A stretch of 64,000 bases of DNA from Hyalangium minutum. GTDB lineage: Bacteria > Myxococcota > Myxococcia > Myxococcales > Myxococcaceae. The notes under the pieces were generated by a model that saw only the letters and a list, made by a program, of their open reading frames with translations, was not told the origin of the DNA and made no database searches. The stretch is from NCBI RefSeq assembly GCF_000737315.1, contig NZ_JMCB01000013.1, positions 248,001-312,000 of the forward strand, in the 5' to 3' direction. Positions 50,188-58,755 of the stretch are shown one piece after another (position 1 is the stretch's first letter; each line of letters starts with the position of its first letter). A program made the position numbers and the translations under genes.

Positions 50188-50814
50188 ATGGCACACGAGG
50201 GACACGACCACGACGATGATCATGGCCACGGTCATGATCACGGGCACGAGCACGAGCACCACAAGCACCACCATCACCCCCCGCACCGAGGGCATGACCA
50301 CCATGGCCACTCGCACGCGGAGCAGGAGCACAAGGCACACGCGCCCGCGCACGTGAGCGTGTTCGTGGTGACGTGCTCGGACAGCCGCGACGAGGCGCGA
50401 GACGAGAGCGGACGCGCGCTGCAGAGCGGGCTGGAGGCCGCAGGCCACACACTGAGCGGCTACAAGGTGGTGAAGGACGACCCCGAGGCCATCCGGGCCG
50501 TGCTGGCCGAGGCTTCGGCGGCTGGCGCACGGGCCGTGCTGTTCAACGGCGGCACGGGGATTGGCCGGCGGGACTCGACGGTCGAGACGCTCCGAGGGCT
50601 GTTCGAGAAGGAGCTGCCTGGGTTCGGAGAGATCTTCCGGATGCTCTCCTTCGAGGAGATCGGCAGCGCGGCGATGATGTCGCGGGCCACGGCGGGGACG
50701 TACAAGGGGATGATCCTGTTCGCCATGCCGGGCTCGCCGCAGGCGGTGAAGCTGGCGCTGGAGGCGCTGATTCTCCCGGAGCTGGGACACGCGGTGCGCG
50801 AGCTGACGCGCTGA
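50188..50814 (+). CDS. moaB: MoaB/MogA molybdenum cofactor biosynthesis protein with His-rich N-terminus
   Basis: TCSDSR, GGTGIGRRDST, PGFGEIFR, PGSPQAV; ATG at 50188. Confidence 0.9.
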   Translation: MAHEGHDHDDDHGHGHDHGHEHEHHKHHHHPPHRGHDHHGHSHAEQEHKAHAPAHVSVFVVTCSDSRDEARDESGRALQSGLEAAGHTLSGYKVVKDDPEAIRAVLAEASAAGARAVLFNGGTGIGRRDSTVETLRGLFEKELPGFGEIFRMLSFEEIGSAAMMSRATAGTYKGMILFAMPGSPQAVKLALEALILPELGHAVRELTR

Positions 50815-50827
50815 GCTCCGGTCCCGC

Positions 50828-51128
50828 TCAGGCGCCGCCTTCGGGCTTGAAATCTCCGGGCACGGGACGGTCCTCGATGCCCAGGTGGCCCTCCAGCGCG
50901 CGTTCGAGGAAGAGCACTTCTTGAGCGCTGAGTCCGGCTCCCACGAGGTGCTCCGTGCCGCCATGGGGCCGCTGCACCCGCAGCTCATACGTGTAGGTGA
51001 CCGCGTTCTTGCGCGAGCCCTTCGTTGAGACCCGTGCGGGGCGAGGCCTCGATGCGCGTCCGGTTGAAGACCAAGAGCAGGATGGGGTAGCCGAAGAGGA
51101 TCGAGAAGAAGATGGCAACGTGCCAGGC
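50828..51128 (-). pseudogene. Frameshifted, internally deleted remnant of a membrane-protein gene
   Basis: Frame A: WHVAIFFSILFGYPILLLVFNRTRIEAS. Frame B: RKNAVTYTYELRV...VLFLERALEGHLGIEDRPVPG-stop. The switch is near 51030-51045; no convincing start. Confidence 0.5.
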
Positions 51129-51223
51129 ATCGGAGGCCTTCGCGCAGCGCTGCGCGGCAGACCGTGCAATGGGTATACATGGACGCGAAGATACCCTGCG
51201 AAGCAGGGCTGGGAGGTCGGTGA

Positions 51224-52156
51224 GTGAGCAGGCGTTCAAGTCAGACAGGGCTCTCAGGGAAGGCGGCCGAGCGCCTGCGCCCGCTCCTGGAGTCCTTCCT
51301 GGCGTCGACGGATGCCCGCTCGCGCATCGCGTTCGATCCCGTGGAGTTCCCGCACCGGTACTCGGACCCTCGGGACATCGAGACGAGCGCGCTCCTGGCC
51401 GCGGCGCTTGCATATGGCCGGGCGGACCTGTTCCGGCCCAAGGTCGACGGGTTGCTGCGGCGGATGGGCTCCTCTCCGGCGGCCTTCCTCCGTGAGCTGG
51501 ATGTAGCGGGAGCGCGCGAGCTGCTGAGCGGGTTCGTCTACCGCTTCAATGTCGGCACGGATGTGGCGGTGTTGCTGCTCGGGATGGGCAAGGCCCTGCG
51601 AGAGCACGGAAGCCTGGAGGCGCTCTTCGTCCGAGGTTGGGAGGCCCACGGTTCGATCCACGGCGCCCTCAGTGACTTCACTGCAGCACTGAGAGACGTC
51701 CCGATGGCGGAGCTGCGGCGGGCATTGGGGAAGGAGCGGGGGCTGCACCACCTGTTGCCCTCACCGCTCGGAGCGGGCGCGGCCAAGCGGCTCAACCTGT
51801 ACCTGCGGTGGATGGTGCGAGGGCCGGACGCCGTGGACTTCGGCATCTGGAAACGGGTGCCGGCCTCGGCGTTGGTCATCCCGCTGGACACGCACATCGG
51901 CCGCATCTCCCAGCACCTGGGGCTGACACGGCGCAAGGACCTGAGCTGGAGGACGGCGGAGGAGGTGACGGCCTCGCTGCGGCGGCTGGATGAGGCGGAT
52001 CCGGTCCGCTACGACTTCGCGCTGTGCCACTACGGCATGAGCGGGGTGTGCCCGGCGAAGCCCGTGGCGGAGAACTGCGTGAAGTGCCAGCTGTTGCCCT
52101 CGTGCGCCGTGGGCCCTCGCATCACGCGAGCCCGAGCTTCTTCATCCGGTCCTTGA
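51224..52156 (+). CDS. TIGR02757/DUF2400 family protein
   Basis: DPVEFPHRY, KRLNLYLRWMVR, IPLDTHI, DPVRYDFAL. Confidence 0.9.
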   Translation: MSRRSSQTGLSGKAAERLRPLLESFLASTDARSRIAFDPVEFPHRYSDPRDIETSALLAAALAYGRADLFRPKVDGLLRRMGSSPAAFLRELDVAGARELLSGFVYRFNVGTDVAVLLLGMGKALREHGSLEALFVRGWEAHGSIHGALSDFTAALRDVPMAELRRALGKERGLHHLLPSPLGAGAAKRLNLYLRWMVRGPDAVDFGIWKRVPASALVIPLDTHIGRISQHLGLTRRKDLSWRTAEEVTASLRRLDEADPVRYDFALCHYGMSGVCPAKPVAENCVKCQLLPSCAVGPRITRARASSSGP

Positions 52157-53717
52157 GCGTATTCAGAGCGATTCCCAGCTCCTGCGCGGCCTTTGTCTTG
52201 TTGCCCTGGTGCTTGTCCAGCGCGGCCCGGAGCTCCTCTTCCGTCAGGTCGCTCGGCCGCTTGCGCACGGCTGGCACGGACTGTGTGAGCGGGACTGCCG
52301 GCTTCGGCGGAGCCACGGACGGCGCCGCCACATGTGAGCCGAACCCGATCATCCGCTGTGACAGGTACGCCTTCACCGCCTCCAACGTGATCATCATCCG
52401 TGCGGAGCCCATGCCATCGATGGCTCGCGCCGCCACCTCTCGCGCCACCACGGCCTTCACGGTGGCCTCCAGCTCGCGGATCTGCCCGGGCCAGTCCACC
52501 TGCTGCAGGTAGGCGATCGCGTCGCTGGTGAACTCAGCGTCGTACTGCTGCTCCGTCTTCAGCCGGTGGAGGAAGTTCGCCACGAGGTTCGGGATGTCTT
52601 CCCGCCGCTCCTCCAGCGCCGGCAGCACGATCACATCCCCGGTGGCCAATCGCTGGGCCAGATCCGGCCGCAGTCCCGTCTGCTGCAGCGGCGTCTTCGA
52701 GGCTGAGATGAGCCGGAAGCGCGGCGGGGGCTCCCTCGAGTCCGGAGCCGCCCCCAGTGGCGCGAAGCTGCCCGTTCCCTCCAGGACGTCGATCAGGAAG
52801 TCCTGCGCCGCGGGCGGCAGGAACTCCACCTCGTCCAGGAACAGCGTGCCCCCATTGGCCACGTAGAACTTGCCCACTCGCGCGAATGCCGCCCCCGTGA
52901 AGGCCCCCTTCACGTGCCCGAGCAGCTCGCTGTGCAGCATCACCGCGTCCTGTGGCAGCCGGCCGCAGTTCAGGTTCACGAAGTTCCCATCCAGCCGGCT
53001 CCGGCTGTGGATCTCCCGCGCGATGAACGTCTTCCCCGTGCCCGACTTGCCCAGGATGAACACCGGCAGCTGGTGGCGCGCGCAGATGTGGATGGAGCGC
53101 TCCAGCGCCGCTGCCGCCTTCGAGCCCTCGTGTTGGGGCCTCGGCCCCGCCACGGGTCCCTCGGGCACCTCGGCCAGCAGGGTGATGCGGCTGCGCCCGT
53201 TGCCCAGCAGGATGACGTTGCCCGCCTCCAGCACCCAGTCCTGCGAGGCGCTCATCACCTGGAAGTACTCGCGCTCGTCGCCCTGGAATGGGAACTCCGC
53301 CTCGCCCAGGAAGCTCTGGTTGCGCGAGTTCAGATCCCGGTACACCCAGCGGTGATCCTCGCGGAACGCCAGGCGCCCGTGCTGGCGCGACACCGCGTCA
53401 TGCGCAAACACCACCGTGGACTCCGGCGCCCGCCCGAACACGTACGAGCGATCCGGGTACAGCGGGACGATCAGATCCGCCACACCCTCGCGCTGGACGC
53501 GCAGCGCCTTGGGCTCGCGGTAGGGGCGCTCGGGTGGTGGGGGCGAGGGCTCTCGCAGGACCCGCTCCCGCCGCGTGATCTGGCTCAGAACCGGTACATC
53601 GGTCCCCACCGGGAGTGGAATCAGAGAGGTTCGGTCCATCGAGGGGCCCGACGCGCCCTCATCTCCGGGGGCCTGTCCCTCGGTCTGCTGCGCCTTCGGT
53701 TCGTCGCCGCTCGTCAT
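52122..53717 (-). CDS. FHA-domain sigma54 enhancer-binding protein (FHA-AAA+-Fis HTH)
   Basis: FGR...VSRQH...DLNSRN FHA; GKSGTGKT; GAFTGA; LFLDEV; WPGQIREL; GNKTKAAQELGI. Confidence 0.92.
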   Translation of the reverse strand: MTSGDEPKAQQTEGQAPGDEGASGPSMDRTSLIPLPVGTDVPVLSQITRRERVLREPSPPPPERPYREPKALRVQREGVADLIVPLYPDRSYVFGRAPESTVVFAHDAVSRQHGRLAFREDHRWVYRDLNSRNQSFLGEAEFPFQGDEREYFQVMSASQDWVLEAGNVILLGNGRSRITLLAEVPEGPVAGPRPQHEGSKAAAALERSIHICARHQLPVFILGKSGTGKTFIAREIHSRSRLDGNFVNLNCGRLPQDAVMLHSELLGHVKGAFTGAAFARVGKFYVANGGTLFLDEVEFLPPAAQDFLIDVLEGTGSFAPLGAAPDSREPPPRFRLISASKTPLQQTGLRPDLAQRLATGDVIVLPALEERREDIPNLVANFLHRLKTEQQYDAEFTSDAIAYLQQVDWPGQIRELEATVKAVVAREVAARAIDGMGSARMMITLEAVKAYLSQRMIGFGSHVAAPSVAPPKPAVPLTQSVPAVRKRPSDLTEEELRAALDKHQGNKTKAAQELGIALNTLKDRMKKLGLA

Positions 53718-53729
53718 GGGCCCTCGTGG

Positions 53730-53790
53730 CTGACGGTGCCTGTCAGCTCTGATGTCAATTCTGACAGTTCATCCGCGTGGCTGCCTGTCA
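53730..53790. promoter_or_regulatory. Candidate upstream activator sequences (TGACA/TGTCA repeats)
   Basis: CTGAC-N7-GTCAG (53730-53746), TGTCA-N4-TGACA (53753-53766), and TGCCTGTCA direct repeat at 53737 and 53782. Confidence 0.55.
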
Positions 53791-53808
53791 TTCCGTGAGG
53801 AGACATTC

Positions 53809-53821
53809 CAAGTGCTTGAAA
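53809..53821. promoter_or_regulatory. Candidate IHF site
   Basis: Reverse complement TTTCAAGCACTTG against WATCAANNNNTTR (one mismatch). Confidence 0.55.
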
Positions 53822-53850
53822 ATACGAGACTCTAGCGCAGGCGCGGAGGT

Positions 53851-53866
53851 CGGCATGCCTCCTGCT
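53851..53866 (+). promoter_or_regulatory. Sigma54 -24/-12 promoter
   Basis: CGGCATGCCTCCTGCT: GG(53852-53853)-N10-GC(53864-53865), close to TGGCACGNNNNTTGCW. Confidence 0.7.
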
Positions 53867-53885
53867 TTGGTGGGCGGTGGGGGAT

Positions 53886-54575
53886 ATGTCCCGCCTGTTC
53901 CCCCAGGCGGGAGAGCTTGGAGCCAACGTGTTCACCATCGCTGTGGTCTCGAGTGAGTCGGGAATCAAGTTGCAGGAGACGCTGGCGGAGCGGGAGATCT
54001 TCGTCGGCCGGTCGAAGAAGTCCCACCTGGTGCTCCGGGACGACACGGTGTCGGGCATCCACTGCCGATTGGTCGCCATCGAGGGCGGGGCCATCGTCAT
54101 CGATGAGGGCTCGACCAACGGAACGTTGCTCAACGGCGAGCTCGTGGTCCGGCCCACCCTCATCGACGTGAACGACGAGCTGAGCGTCGGCCCGTACCTG
54201 CTGCGGGTGCAGTCGCTGGTGGGGAGCTCGAACGCGCCGCTCTCTCCTCGGCGCAGCGCCCGGTCGCGGCGCCTGGATCCGCCCGTGCCCGCCGAGGCCC
54301 TCCCGAGCGCCGAGCGCCCCGTCACCCAGGAGAAGCCCACGGACCTCCAACTCACCCAGGCCCAGGTGTTCTGGAGGATCCTCGGCTTCCAGCAGCCCGC
54401 CACCCTGGAGCAGGCCGGGGCCGCCTACGAGGCCCTGACCCGGGATCTCCAGCCGGACGCTGCGTCCGAGATCAACCCGCAGCTGCGCGCCCTGGCCGAG
54501 CAGCGGCTGCGGGAGCTCGACTTCGCCTGGGAGTACATCCAGCGGCTGTCCCGCCGGTCCCGGGACGCCGCCTGA
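53886..54575 (+). CDS. FHA-domain protein with C-terminal degenerate J-like domain
   Basis: VGRS...VSGIHC...DEGSTNGT FHA; C-terminal ILG...AYEALTRDLQPD...ELDFAWEYI. Confidence 0.82.
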   Translation: MSRLFPQAGELGANVFTIAVVSSESGIKLQETLAEREIFVGRSKKSHLVLRDDTVSGIHCRLVAIEGGAIVIDEGSTNGTLLNGELVVRPTLIDVNDELSVGPYLLRVQSLVGSSNAPLSPRRSARSRRLDPPVPAEALPSAERPVTQEKPTDLQLTQAQVFWRILGFQQPATLEQAGAAYEALTRDLQPDAASEINPQLRALAEQRLRELDFAWEYIQRLSRRSRDAA

Positions 54576-54588
54576 GCGGCCCACTCCT

Positions 54589-55383
54589 TTAGAGGATGGC
54601 CTTCACGATGCCGCCTTCCACCCGGAGGGAGGCACCGTTGGTGGCGGAGGCCTTCTCGCTGGAGACGTAGACGATCATGTTTGCCACTTCCTCCGTGGTG
54701 GCGAACCGCTTGATGATCGAGGTCGGCCGGGCGTTGACGAAGAAGTCGCGCTCGGCCGTCTTTGCGTCGACGCCCTGGGACTTGCCCAGGTCCGCCACGA
54801 ACTGCGACACGCCCTCGGACATCGTCGGCCCCGGGAGCACCGAGTTCACCGTGACGCCCGTGCCCGTCGTCAGCTCCGCGAGCCCTCGGGCCACCGCCAC
54901 CTGAGCCGTCTTCGTCATCCCGTAGTGGATCATCTCCGAGGGAATCTGTACCCCGGACTCGCTCGACACGAAGATGATGCGCCCCCAGTTCTTCGCCTTC
55001 ATCTTCGGAAAATAGAAGCGGCTCAGGCGCACGCCGCTCATCACGTTGACCTCGAAGAAGCGCAGCCAGTCCTCGTCGGGGATCTTCTCGAAGTCCTTGG
55101 GCTCGAAGATGCCCACGTTGTTCACCAGCACGTCCACCTCGGGGAAGGCCTTCGTCACGGCCTCGGCCCCCTGTGCCGACGCGAAGTCCGCCACTACCAC
55201 CGATATCTTGGCGTTCGGCACCTCCTTGAGGATCTGCTCCCTTGCCTGCTGCACCCGCTTCTCGGTGCGGCCGTTTACGATGACGTGCGCTCCCTCGCGC
55301 GCCAGCCCGATAGCCGATGCCAGGCCGATTCCCGCCGTGGAACCCGTAACCAATGCCGTCTTTCCTGCCAAACCTAGATCCAT
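54589..55383 (-). CDS. SDR family oxidoreductase
   Basis: TGSTAGIG, VNNVG, YGMTK; ATG at 55383. Confidence 0.93.
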   Translation of the reverse strand: MDLGLAGKTALVTGSTAGIGLASAIGLAREGAHVIVNGRTEKRVQQAREQILKEVPNAKISVVVADFASAQGAEAVTKAFPEVDVLVNNVGIFEPKDFEKIPDEDWLRFFEVNVMSGVRLSRFYFPKMKAKNWGRIIFVSSESGVQIPSEMIHYGMTKTAQVAVARGLAELTTGTGVTVNSVLPGPTMSEGVSQFVADLGKSQGVDAKTAERDFFVNARPTSIIKRFATTEEVANMIVYVSSEKASATNGASLRVEGGIVKAIL

Positions 55384-55485
55384 GTCCCTTCCTCCTCGGG
55401 GCACAGGGATGCTCGAGGCTCCCGTGGGTTTCGCTGCATGGAGATGAGAGCATCCCGTCCGGGCCCCGGTTATGGTGAAGGCCAC

Positions 55486-55896
55486 ATGGATGACAAGCTG
55501 AAGGAGCGCCTGAGCCATTTCGGTCAGGGTGGATATGACCGGTCGTTGACAGGGATGGAGCTGCTCGAGGTGAGCGGGGGCAAGGCCCGGGTGCGGCTGC
55601 CCGTGGGCGAGGCCGTGCAGAACGCCAACGGAATGTTGCACGGCGGCGCGGTGGCCACGCTGGTGGACGTGGTGGGCACGCTGGCCATCATGAGCGCGGA
55701 CCGCGACGGCCGGCCCGGCGTCTCCACGGATCTCAATGTGTCCTGGTTCTCTCCCGCGCCTGGCGACTCCACCGTGCTGGTGGAGGCCACCGTCCTCAAG
55801 TCCGGCCGCACCCTGGCCTTCGTCCAAGTGGACCTGCGCCGCGAGAACGATGGGGCGCTCGTGGCCCAGGGCCGGATGACCAAGTTCCTGGGCTGA
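55486..55896 (+). CDS. PaaI-family hotdog thioesterase
   Basis: QNANGMLHGGAVATLVD, STDLNVSW. Confidence 0.9.
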   Translation: MDDKLKERLSHFGQGGYDRSLTGMELLEVSGGKARVRLPVGEAVQNANGMLHGGAVATLVDVVGTLAIMSADRDGRPGVSTDLNVSWFSPAPGDSTVLVEATVLKSGRTLAFVQVDLRRENDGALVAQGRMTKFLG

Positions 55897-55908
55897 GCAG
55901 GAGGCGCC

Positions 55909-57111
55909 ATGTCGGTGATGATGATCAGCCGGCTCCTGATCCTCGCGCTGCTGAACCTGATCGGCTACGCCGTGGTGAAGCGGCTGTGGCCCGCCTTCTC
56001 CCGGGGCTGGCGTGCGTGGACCTATGCTGGCTTGGTGGCGCTGTCGTTCCTGGCCTGGGGGCTGCCCCTCGTGCTGGGGCTGGGGCTCCGGGGGCAGATC
56101 CCCGTCATTGGGGTGCCGCTCAAGCTCTTCTCCACGATGTGGATGGTCGCCGTCCTGATCGTCGTGCTGTTCGGCACGCCCTTCGTGCTGGTGCGGTGGT
56201 GGAAGCTGCGCCGCGCCACGGCCTCGGCGGCAGGCCCGGTGGCCGGAGGGGTGGACCTGGAGCGCCGCGGCGTGCTGATGAACATGGGGCGTGCCGTCCC
56301 CGTCGTCGCCGTGGGCACGAGCTCCGCAGGGGTGGTTCTGGGCAGCTCGGGCTTCGTTGTTCGCAAGCTGGAGGTGCGGCTCAAGGACTTACCCGACGCG
56401 CTCGATGGATTCCGGATTGGCCAGATCACCGACATTCACGTGGGGCCGTTCATCACCACGCAGGACCTCCGGGCCGCTGTGGAGGCGATGAACGCCGCGG
56501 AAGTCCACCTGCAGGTGATGACGGGCGATCTGATCGATGACGTCGAGCAGGTCGACGGCACGATGGAGGCGCTCGCGGCCTGCAAGGCTCCGCACGGGAT
56601 GCTGGCCATTCTCGGCAACCACGAATACTGGCGGGGCGTGGAGCCCATCCTGGAGGGGTACGAGTCCCTCGCGAAGCGTGCGCCGGTCCGCCTGCTGGTG
56701 GATGAGTCCCATGTCATCGAGCACGGCGGCGAACGCCTGCGTGTGGTGGGCGTGGACTACCCCATGGCCCGGCGCAACCCATTTCTCCGGGCGGAGCAGA
56801 TGCGCAGCTCGGCGGAAAAGGCGTTCGGGGGGACCTCTCCGGGGGAGGTGGTGCTGTGCCTGACCCACCATCCTTCGTTCTTCCCCTTGGCCGCCGAGCG
56901 CGGAGCCCACCTCACGCTCGCGGGCCACACGCACGGCGGCCAGGTCGCCTTCTTCGGCTTCCCGCTGTTCTGGTTCGTCTTCGACTACATGCTCGGCCGC
57001 TACAAGCTGAAGGACCGGCACCTCTATGTGTCGGGCGGCACGGGGCACTGGCTCCCGTTCCGGATCGGCATTCCTCCCGAGGTGTCGATCCTCACGCTCC
57101 GGAAGGCGTAG
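55909..57111 (+). CDS. Membrane-anchored metallophosphoesterase (YkuE/YaeI-like)
   Basis: DIHVG, GDLID, GNHEY, HHP, GHTHGGQ; three N-terminal TM helices. Confidence 0.92.
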   Translation: MSVMMISRLLILALLNLIGYAVVKRLWPAFSRGWRAWTYAGLVALSFLAWGLPLVLGLGLRGQIPVIGVPLKLFSTMWMVAVLIVVLFGTPFVLVRWWKLRRATASAAGPVAGGVDLERRGVLMNMGRAVPVVAVGTSSAGVVLGSSGFVVRKLEVRLKDLPDALDGFRIGQITDIHVGPFITTQDLRAAVEAMNAAEVHLQVMTGDLIDDVEQVDGTMEALAACKAPHGMLAILGNHEYWRGVEPILEGYESLAKRAPVRLLVDESHVIEHGGERLRVVGVDYPMARRNPFLRAEQMRSSAEKAFGGTSPGEVVLCLTHHPSFFPLAAERGAHLTLAGHTHGGQVAFFGFPLFWFVFDYMLGRYKLKDRHLYVSGGTGHWLPFRIGIPPEVSILTLRKA

Positions 57112-57129
57112 GGCGTTAGCTCAGGGGCC

Positions 57130-58617
57130 ATGCCAGAGTCCTGGTACGACGCGGTGGTGGTGGGCGCGGGCTTCGGAGGGCTGGCCACGGCACTCGAGCT
57201 GGCGCAGCGCGGCGCCCGGGTGGCGCTGTGCGAGGCCCTCAACTATCCCGGCGGTTGTGCCAGCACCTTCCGGCGGGATGGCTACGCCTTCGAGGCGGGC
57301 GCCACCCTGTGCTCCGGGCTCGCCGAGGAGCAGCTCTTCGGTCAGTGGGTGCGGAGGCACGGGCTGGACGTGACGGTGGACTGGATCGATCCGCTCGTGG
57401 AGCTGCGCACGCCTTCGCTGCGCCTGAGTGTCTACCGGGATCGCGAGCGCTTCCTGGAGCAGCTCTGCCGCCTGCCCGGTGCTCCGGTCCAAAGCGTGCG
57501 CCGCTTCTTCGCGCTCCAGCGCCAGGTCGCCGACGCGCTGTGGACGCTCTTCGATGATCCGGCGCTGTTGCCGCCGTTGGATGCGCGGGCCCTGCTGCGG
57601 CATGCCGCCCGCGTGCCTCGGTATGTGCCCTTGCTGCGCTGGGTGGGCCGCCCGCTGGGCGCCGTGCTGGAGCGCTTGGGGCTCCTGAACTTCACGCCCC
57701 TGCGGACGTACCTCGACGGGCTGTGCCAGATCACCATCCAGTGCAGCGCCGCCGAGGCCGAGACGCCCTTCGCCCTGGCCGCCATGGACTACTACTGGCG
57801 CGGGACGGGCCACGTGCGCGGAGGCATTGGCCGGCTGGCCGAGGCGCTCGTGCAGGCCATCACCCGCTGTGGCGGCGAGGTGCTTCTCGCCAACCGCGTG
57901 AAGGCCCTGGCGCCCGAGGCGGGAGGCTGGCGGGTCGAGACACGCCGGGGCGTGCTGCGCGCCCGCAGCGTGGCAGCCAATGTGCTGCCTCGGGGGATGC
58001 TGCGCCTGCTGGGCCAGGCGCCTGAGCAGCTCCCTCGGCTGGCGGAGCTGGCCGGGCGCGTGGAGGAGGGGTGGGGCGCGGCCATGCTGTACCGCGTGGC
58101 TCAAGCGCCTGAAGGTGTGCTCGCCAAGGCCTGCCACCTGGAGCTCGTCCAGGACGAGACCGCTCCGCTCGTGGAGGGCAACCACCTCTTCGTCTCTATC
58201 AGCGGTGAAGCGGACACGGGCCGCGCGCCCCCGAGCCAGCGCACGCTCACCATCTCCACCCATGTGCCCCTGCGCCGGCTGGCCTCACAGTCCAGCGAAG
58301 AGCAGGCCCTCTACGTCTCCCGCATCCAGGAGCGGATGCGCGAGGGCCTGGTGCGCCTCGCGCCCGAGTGGTCGCAGGACGTGCGGCACGAGCTGACGGC
58401 CTCGCCTCGCACCTTCGAGCGCTTCACCCGGCGCGAGGCGGGCGCTGTGGGCGGTGTGCCTCGCCGGGCCGGCTTCCACCATTACCGCGAGCTGGGCCCT
58501 CGGCCGGTGAGGCCGGGACTCTGGCTCGTGGGCGACTCTGTCTTCCCCGGGCAGAGCACCCTGGCCGCCGCGCTCGGGGGCGTCCGCTCCGCCGCGCAGA
58601 TCGCCGCCCGCCGCTGA
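57130..58617 (+). CDS. Phytoene desaturase/CrtD/CrtH-like FAD oxidoreductase
   Basis: VVGAGFGGL, GGCASTF.R.GY.FEAGAT, VGDSVFPGQS. Confidence 0.85.
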   Translation: MPESWYDAVVVGAGFGGLATALELAQRGARVALCEALNYPGGCASTFRRDGYAFEAGATLCSGLAEEQLFGQWVRRHGLDVTVDWIDPLVELRTPSLRLSVYRDRERFLEQLCRLPGAPVQSVRRFFALQRQVADALWTLFDDPALLPPLDARALLRHAARVPRYVPLLRWVGRPLGAVLERLGLLNFTPLRTYLDGLCQITIQCSAAEAETPFALAAMDYYWRGTGHVRGGIGRLAEALVQAITRCGGEVLLANRVKALAPEAGGWRVETRRGVLRARSVAANVLPRGMLRLLGQAPEQLPRLAELAGRVEEGWGAAMLYRVAQAPEGVLAKACHLELVQDETAPLVEGNHLFVSISGEADTGRAPPSQRTLTISTHVPLRRLASQSSEEQALYVSRIQERMREGLVRLAPEWSQDVRHELTASPRTFERFTRREAGAVGGVPRRAGFHHYRELGPRPVRPGLWLVGDSVFPGQSTLAAALGGVRSAAQIAARR

Positions 58618-58755
58618 CTACCGGCCGCCGTGGGAATAGCGAGCAAAGCGGGGAATTCTATCTGTCTGGGGTGTTTATTCGGGCGGTAAAAGACGCAGTG
58701 ACTCTGTTAGAAGGCCCTCTGGAAAAGAGGCGCTCCGTTGGGGGAGGAGACACGT

